This document shows positions 59,902-64,000 of a stretch of DNA of 64,000 nt, piece by piece. Where the stretch lies: positions 1-64,000 of the forward strand of contig JAVBPW010000006.1 of the NCBI GenBank assembly GCA_031549385.1, written 5' to 3'. The first letter of the stretch is position 1, and each line of letters opens with the position of its first letter. Source of the stretch: Alphaproteobacteria bacterium. Lineage in GTDB: Bacteria; Pseudomonadota; Alphaproteobacteria; Rs-D84; SZUA-605. The translations under genes and the position numbers were made by a program. The notes below the pieces were generated by a model. The model was not told the origin of the DNA. It made no database searches and saw nothing but the letters and a program-made list of their open reading frames with translations.

Positions 59902-60393
59902 TTAACAAGGACCAGGAGCCCAATCGTATGTCCGACTGAATAACCCAGGACTGTTATCCCCATGATCCGCAAATGGGAAGTTGAGTTCAAACCGAGCCAC
60001 TGCCATATTTGGTGTTATATGGTTTCTTGCTCTTTCTCTTCTTTGATTCATTTTCTTTTCGGCTTCTATTTCAGCTTCAATAAAAAGGATTGAGCAAACC
60101 TCTGAATACCATATTTGACCTTCATGCAATTCATCAGGCCAACGTTGCCAACAACTAATTTTACGGTTTAACCCGTTATGGGCAAGCATAAGATATTTCT
60201 TCCTTACTTTTCCCGGCAGGTTGTCATACCTGTAGCCCGTTAATATATGGAAAATTTCTCTGGTCTCTGGAGTTTTAGGCTCCTTTTCTATGAAAAACCT
60301 GTAAATGTGGTGGCACGGTATCTTTTTTGATTGCATTTTTATTAAAGGATACCTAGAAATTTCTAAGTATTCTAGTAAGATTTTTTTATCCAT
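59902..60393 (-). CDS. Orphan, TG-motif family (SD-less class)
   Basis: TTGACA-N16-TAAGCT at 60420-60447; AAATCTAAA leader; EIFHILTG. Confidence 0.78.
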   Translation of the reverse strand: MDKKILLEYLEISRYPLIKMQSKKIPCHHIYRFFIEKEPKTPETREIFHILTGYRYDNLPGKVRKKYLMLAHNGLNRKISCWQRWPDELHEGQIWYSEVCSILFIEAEIEAEKKMNQRRERARNHITPNMAVARFELNFPFADHGDNSPGLFSRTYDWAPGPC

Positions 60394-60550
60394 ATGTTTG
60401 ATTTTTTAGATTTAACAATAGCTTACAATAAACTCGTAATTTGTCAAGCCTAATTAGGCTTTTTGGAAACAGAAAGTTGACTTTAATGCTTGATTTTTTT
60501 GCTTTTTGTACTAAATTAGAACTGGAAGTAAAAAAGATCCAAGGATTGAA

Positions 60551-62938
60551 ATGATAGATAAAAAATTTGCAGTGCTACCGCTTAGAGATGTTGTTATTTA
60601 CCCAGGCATGATTTTGCCTTTGTTTATTGGTAGAGACTCTTCTATTAAAGCTTTACAAGCTTCACTTGATGAACATAAGTCTGTTTGTCTTGCTACTCAA
60701 AAGACTGCTCAAATGAAAGATGAAATTACTGATAAAGACATTTATAAGGTAGGAGTACTTTGTAACGTACTTCAATTTCTTAATCTTCCTGATGGAACAG
60801 TTAAAATATTAGTTGAAGCAAAAAGTTCTGTTAAAATCTCTGATGTTGCCTTTGAAAACTCTGTTATGACCGCATCAGTTGAGGTTATTGAAAATATAGA
60901 TGATATTAAAAATTCACCTGAAATTAAAAATTTAGTGGAAACTCTTGGGGACTCATTCTTGTACTATACTAAGATTTCTAAGAAAGTACCTAATGACATA
61001 ATCGAAAACTTACGTAAGAACCTTGAATTAGGTGTGGTTATTGATAATGTATTAAACTACGTAGATATTGATATCAAAACTCAACAAGAAATATTAGAAT
61101 TGCCTATTACTGCTCAACGACTAAGCAGATTTATACAAATTGTTGAACAACAAATTGCTACTTTCAAATTGGACCAAAAAATTCAAAACAGAATTAAATT
61201 CCAATTAGATAAAAATCAAAAAGACTTTTACCTTAATGAAAAAATGAAAGCTATTTCTAAAGAATTAGGCGATGATAACGAATATGACGTTTATGAAGAA
61301 AAATTAAAAACTGTTAAACTTTCTAAGGAAGCTGAAGTTAAAGTTAAGGCTGAAATTGCTAAATTGAAAAAAATGCCACCTATGTCTGCGGAAACTACTG
61401 TTATTCGCAATTACTTAGACTGGGTGTTTGATTTACCTTGGGGAAGAAAAAGTAAACTTTCTCACGATATTTCTGAGGCTAAAAAAATACTTGATGAAGA
61501 TCATTATGGATTGGAAAAAGTTAAAGAAAGAATTATACAAAATTTAATAGTGCAAAAAAGAACTAAAAAAACTGCACCTACTATACTTTGTTTGTTTGGA
61601 CCTCCAGGGGTTGGTAAAACTTCTTTAGGACAATCTATTGCTCGTGCTATGGGTAGAAAATTTGACCGTATATCACTTGGTGGGGTTAGCGATGAATCTA
61701 CACTTAGAGGTCATAGAAGAACTTATATCGGATCACAACCTGGACGTATTATGGCAACTCTTAAAAAAGTAGGAACTAATAATCCTTTAATCATGTTGGA
61801 CGAAATCGATAAAATGACCAGAGATTGGCATGGAGATCCTACTGCTGTACTTTTGGAAATATTAGACCCAGCGCAAAATAAAGCGTTTAATGATCACTAT
61901 ATCGAATTAGACTATGATTTGTCTGATGTGATGTTTATTACTACTGCTAATTCCCTTAATATTCCTCGCCCTCTTCGCGATCGTATGGAAATTATTAATA
62001 TCGAAGGGTATACAGAAGATGAAAAATTACAAATTGCCAAGAACCATTTGATAAATAAAATATTTGAAGCTAATGGAGTTGGACATAGCGAAATAGTATT
62101 TGATGATAATGCTATACTTGACTTAATCAGATATTATACTCAAGAAGCTGGGGTTAGAAATTTAGATAGAGCTATTTCTAAAGTTGTTAGAAAGTCTATT
62201 ATGGAAATCGAAGATAAAGGATTAAAGAATATAAAAATTACTCGCGAAAACTTAAAAGAGTTTGCAGGAATTCCTCAATATTCTCATGAAGATAAAGCTA
62301 ATAAAAATCAAGTCGGGGTTGTTAATGGACTTGCTTGGACGGAAGTTGGTGGGGAACTCTTACCTTTGGAAGCTGTTTATATGTATGGAAAAGGAAATCT
62401 TACTCTTACTGGTTCTTTAGGTGATGTTATGAAAGAATCTATTCAAACAGCTAAGTCTTTCATTAAATCACGTGCTATATCTTTTGGAATTCACCCTCAG
62501 ATGTTCGATAAATATGATATTCATATTCACGCACCTGAAGGAGCTACACCTAAAGACGGACCAAGCGCTGGACTTGCTTTTGCTACCGTTATAGTTTCAT
62601 TGCTTACTGGAATTCCTGTGAAATCTGATGTGGCTATGACTGGAGAAATTAATCTTCAAGGTAAAGCATTGGCGATTGGCGGATTGAAACAAAAACTCTT
62701 GGCTGCTAAACGAGCTGGGATTAAAACTGTTCTTATACCAGCTAAAAATGTTAAAGACTTAGAAGAAGTGCCTGATAATATTAAAAATGCTTTGGAAATT
62801 AAACCAGTAGAAACTGCTGATGAAGTGTTTGAAATTGCTTTGGCTACACCACTTATTCCTTTGAAATGGGATAAAGAAGCTGAGGATAGGTATCTTAATA
62901 TAAAGCATGATGAAAATATGAAACCTACTGTAAATTAA
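60551..62938 (+). CDS. lon: Lon protease
   Basis: LPLRDVV N-domain, GPPGVGKTS, DEIDK, PKDGPSAG and IGGLKQK motifs. Confidence 0.98.
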   Translation: MIDKKFAVLPLRDVVIYPGMILPLFIGRDSSIKALQASLDEHKSVCLATQKTAQMKDEITDKDIYKVGVLCNVLQFLNLPDGTVKILVEAKSSVKISDVAFENSVMTASVEVIENIDDIKNSPEIKNLVETLGDSFLYYTKISKKVPNDIIENLRKNLELGVVIDNVLNYVDIDIKTQQEILELPITAQRLSRFIQIVEQQIATFKLDQKIQNRIKFQLDKNQKDFYLNEKMKAISKELGDDNEYDVYEEKLKTVKLSKEAEVKVKAEIAKLKKMPPMSAETTVIRNYLDWVFDLPWGRKSKLSHDISEAKKILDEDHYGLEKVKERIIQNLIVQKRTKKTAPTILCLFGPPGVGKTSLGQSIARAMGRKFDRISLGGVSDESTLRGHRRTYIGSQPGRIMATLKKVGTNNPLIMLDEIDKMTRDWHGDPTAVLLEILDPAQNKAFNDHYIELDYDLSDVMFITTANSLNIPRPLRDRMEIINIEGYTEDEKLQIAKNHLINKIFEANGVGHSEIVFDDNAILDLIRYYTQEAGVRNLDRAISKVVRKSIMEIEDKGLKNIKITRENLKEFAGIPQYSHEDKANKNQVGVVNGLAWTEVGGELLPLEAVYMYGKGNLTLTGSLGDVMKESIQTAKSFIKSRAISFGIHPQMFDKYDIHIHAPEGATPKDGPSAGLAFATVIVSLLTGIPVKSDVAMTGEINLQGKALAIGGLKQKLLAAKRAGIKTVLIPAKNVKDLEEVPDNIKNALEIKPVETADEVFEIALATPLIPLKWDKEAEDRYLNIKHDENMKPTVN

Positions 62939-63049
62939 AATTAAGCCCTTGAAAAAGGGCTTTTTATTTTCTAGGAATTCCTTCTTATTGATATAACTTT
63001 TTGATTGTTAATACTTAAAAACGTTTTTAAATATTAAATAAATAATCAT

Positions 63050-63356
63050 ATGAAAGATAACTTATTAGAAAATCGGAAAGGCTTATAATGAAGCCAAAAC
63101 TCAAAATGAACTGTTTCCTAAATTAGAGGAAATTTTGAAAAAGTTTTCTCTTGCAGAGGAATTTATCTTTTTTTCTTTCTGCAAAAGACTATGTCTTTGG
63201 GATGTAGCAAAGTTTTATGCTAAAAATTTTGGTTTTGAAAAAGAAGTTCAAGAAAAATTGGTTAATGAAATTACTATACTTGGACAAGAACTTGTCGCAA
63301 TGGCTGATGAAAGCGATGAAACATTAAAACTTCTGAAAGATATTTCAGAAATGTAA
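63050..63356 (+). pseudogene. Frameshifted orphan (SD-less class)
   Basis: ATG at 63050 after an A-rich leader reads MKDNLLE; a 1-nt shift in GAAAAT continues IGKAYNEAKTQNELFPKLEEILKKF into ORF 63135..63356; terminator AAAGCGGC..GCCGCTTT. Confidence 0.55.
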
Positions 63357-63399
63357 AATTAGAAAGCGGCCATTAATTAGCCGCTTTCATTTATTTAGC

Positions 63400-63567
63400 T
63401 TATTGCGCTGCTGCTTCTGGAGCTACTGGAGCTTGATCAGGAGTTACAGGAGCTTCAACTTGAATAATTTCTTCTTCGTATACTGCTGGAGTTGATTTCT
63501 TTGAGAAATATGTCCATGCAATTGCTACTGCTACGATTAAGATAATTACTACTAATGCTTTTTTCAT
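63400..63567 (-). CDS. 55-aa single-TM small protein; not in the ORF track
   Basis: MKKALVVIILIVAVAIAWTYFSKKSTPAVYEEEIIQVEAPVTPDQAPVAPEAAAQ*; AAGGAAG SD; host-like codons. Confidence 0.75.
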   Translation of the reverse strand: MKKALVVIILIVAVAIAWTYFSKKSTPAVYEEEIIQVEAPVTPDQAPVAPEAAAQ

Positions 63568-63579
63568 TTTTACTTCCTT

Positions 63580-64000
63580 TTATTTTGTATTTTTAGTTGA
63601 CTTTTTATTTCTGATATCTTGTATACGTTTATAAAAATATAAATTTAACAAGAGGCATATTATAAAAACTGGGAATATAAGCTGTTCATTCATTACTGAT
63701 AATGAAAAGAAAAACATACATATATTTAATCCGTTATAAGCGTTTATTTGGTCTTCTGTTTTTAAATTAGGGAAAACTAACTCCGCTTTATTCTTTGTGA
63801 AATATTTTTTGTATATATACATTCCTAAATCAAATAATTCTGGAAGTATTAAAAATAATAATAATTTTGTGGAACTTACTGATAATATCAATGTTAGTGA
63901 TATGGCAACTAACATTCTTGCTTTTCTTTGATTTAAATTAAAAAAGTTAAAGTATGCTGCTAAAAATAAAAAAGCACCCCAAATTACAAAACTTTCTGGA
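63580..64000 (-). CDS. Multi-pass membrane protein, start beyond the right edge
   Basis: Frame stays open upstream of 63915 to the window end; hydrophobic segments. Confidence 0.65.
   Translation of the reverse strand, partial: PESFVIWGAFLFLAAYFNFFNLNQRKARMLVAISLTLILSVSSTKLLLFLILPELFDLGMYIYKKYFTKNKAELVFPNLKTEDQINAYNGLNICMFFFSLSVMNEQLIFPVFIICLLLNLYFYKRIQDIRNKKSTKNTK

Noticed and set aside
57678-60447. Integron cassette array or prophage
   Set aside because: No GTTRRRY/RYYYAAC attC boxes, integrase or phage structural genes seen; units carry their own promoters, unlike typical cassettes.
1-64000. Alternative genetic code (TGA recoding)
   Set aside because: All conserved genes translate full length in code 11; TGA appears only at plausible gene ends.

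Overview
Chromosomal window of an AT-rich, apparently genome-reduced, host-associated alphaproteobacterium. The lineage call rests on the DUF1013/TrcR gene next to rpoD and an alphaproteobacterial-type elongator tRNA-Met. The backbone is housekeeping (rpoD, ftsY, pgk, rbr, S41 protease, fba, RND pair, leuS, ruvA, yebC, typA, pyrG, DEAD-box helicase, fabD, sodB, tsaB, rimI, lon). It also carries many secreted proteins: an autotransporter, a 2463-aa Cys-rich repeat protein and four tandem Cys-rich paralogs. Main unexplained signals: (1) about 15 genes, mostly self-contained units, form a second class. They typically have a TTGAC(A/T)-N16/17-TAnnnT promoter, an almost G-free leader with no Shine-Dalgarno (SD) carrying AAACTTAAA, more G/C-ending codons and a private terminator, whereas housekeeping genes use SD motifs. 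The class includes tandem orphan arrays, a Bacteroidota-style lipoprotein and a pyrF-pyrE fusion. (2) A ~2 kb integrase-less element splits the host tRNA-Met at the anticodon loop (8-bp ATCATAAT at both junctions) and carries a complete, different replacement tRNA-Met. (3) The CTP synthase has lost its glutaminase Cys and His. (4) A candidate ~45-nt sRNA with an anti-SD-like seed. (5) A palindromic-element fragment is translated inside FtsY. No CRISPR array, rRNA, integrase, transposase or phage structural gene was seen. All calls were made by eye, without database searches.
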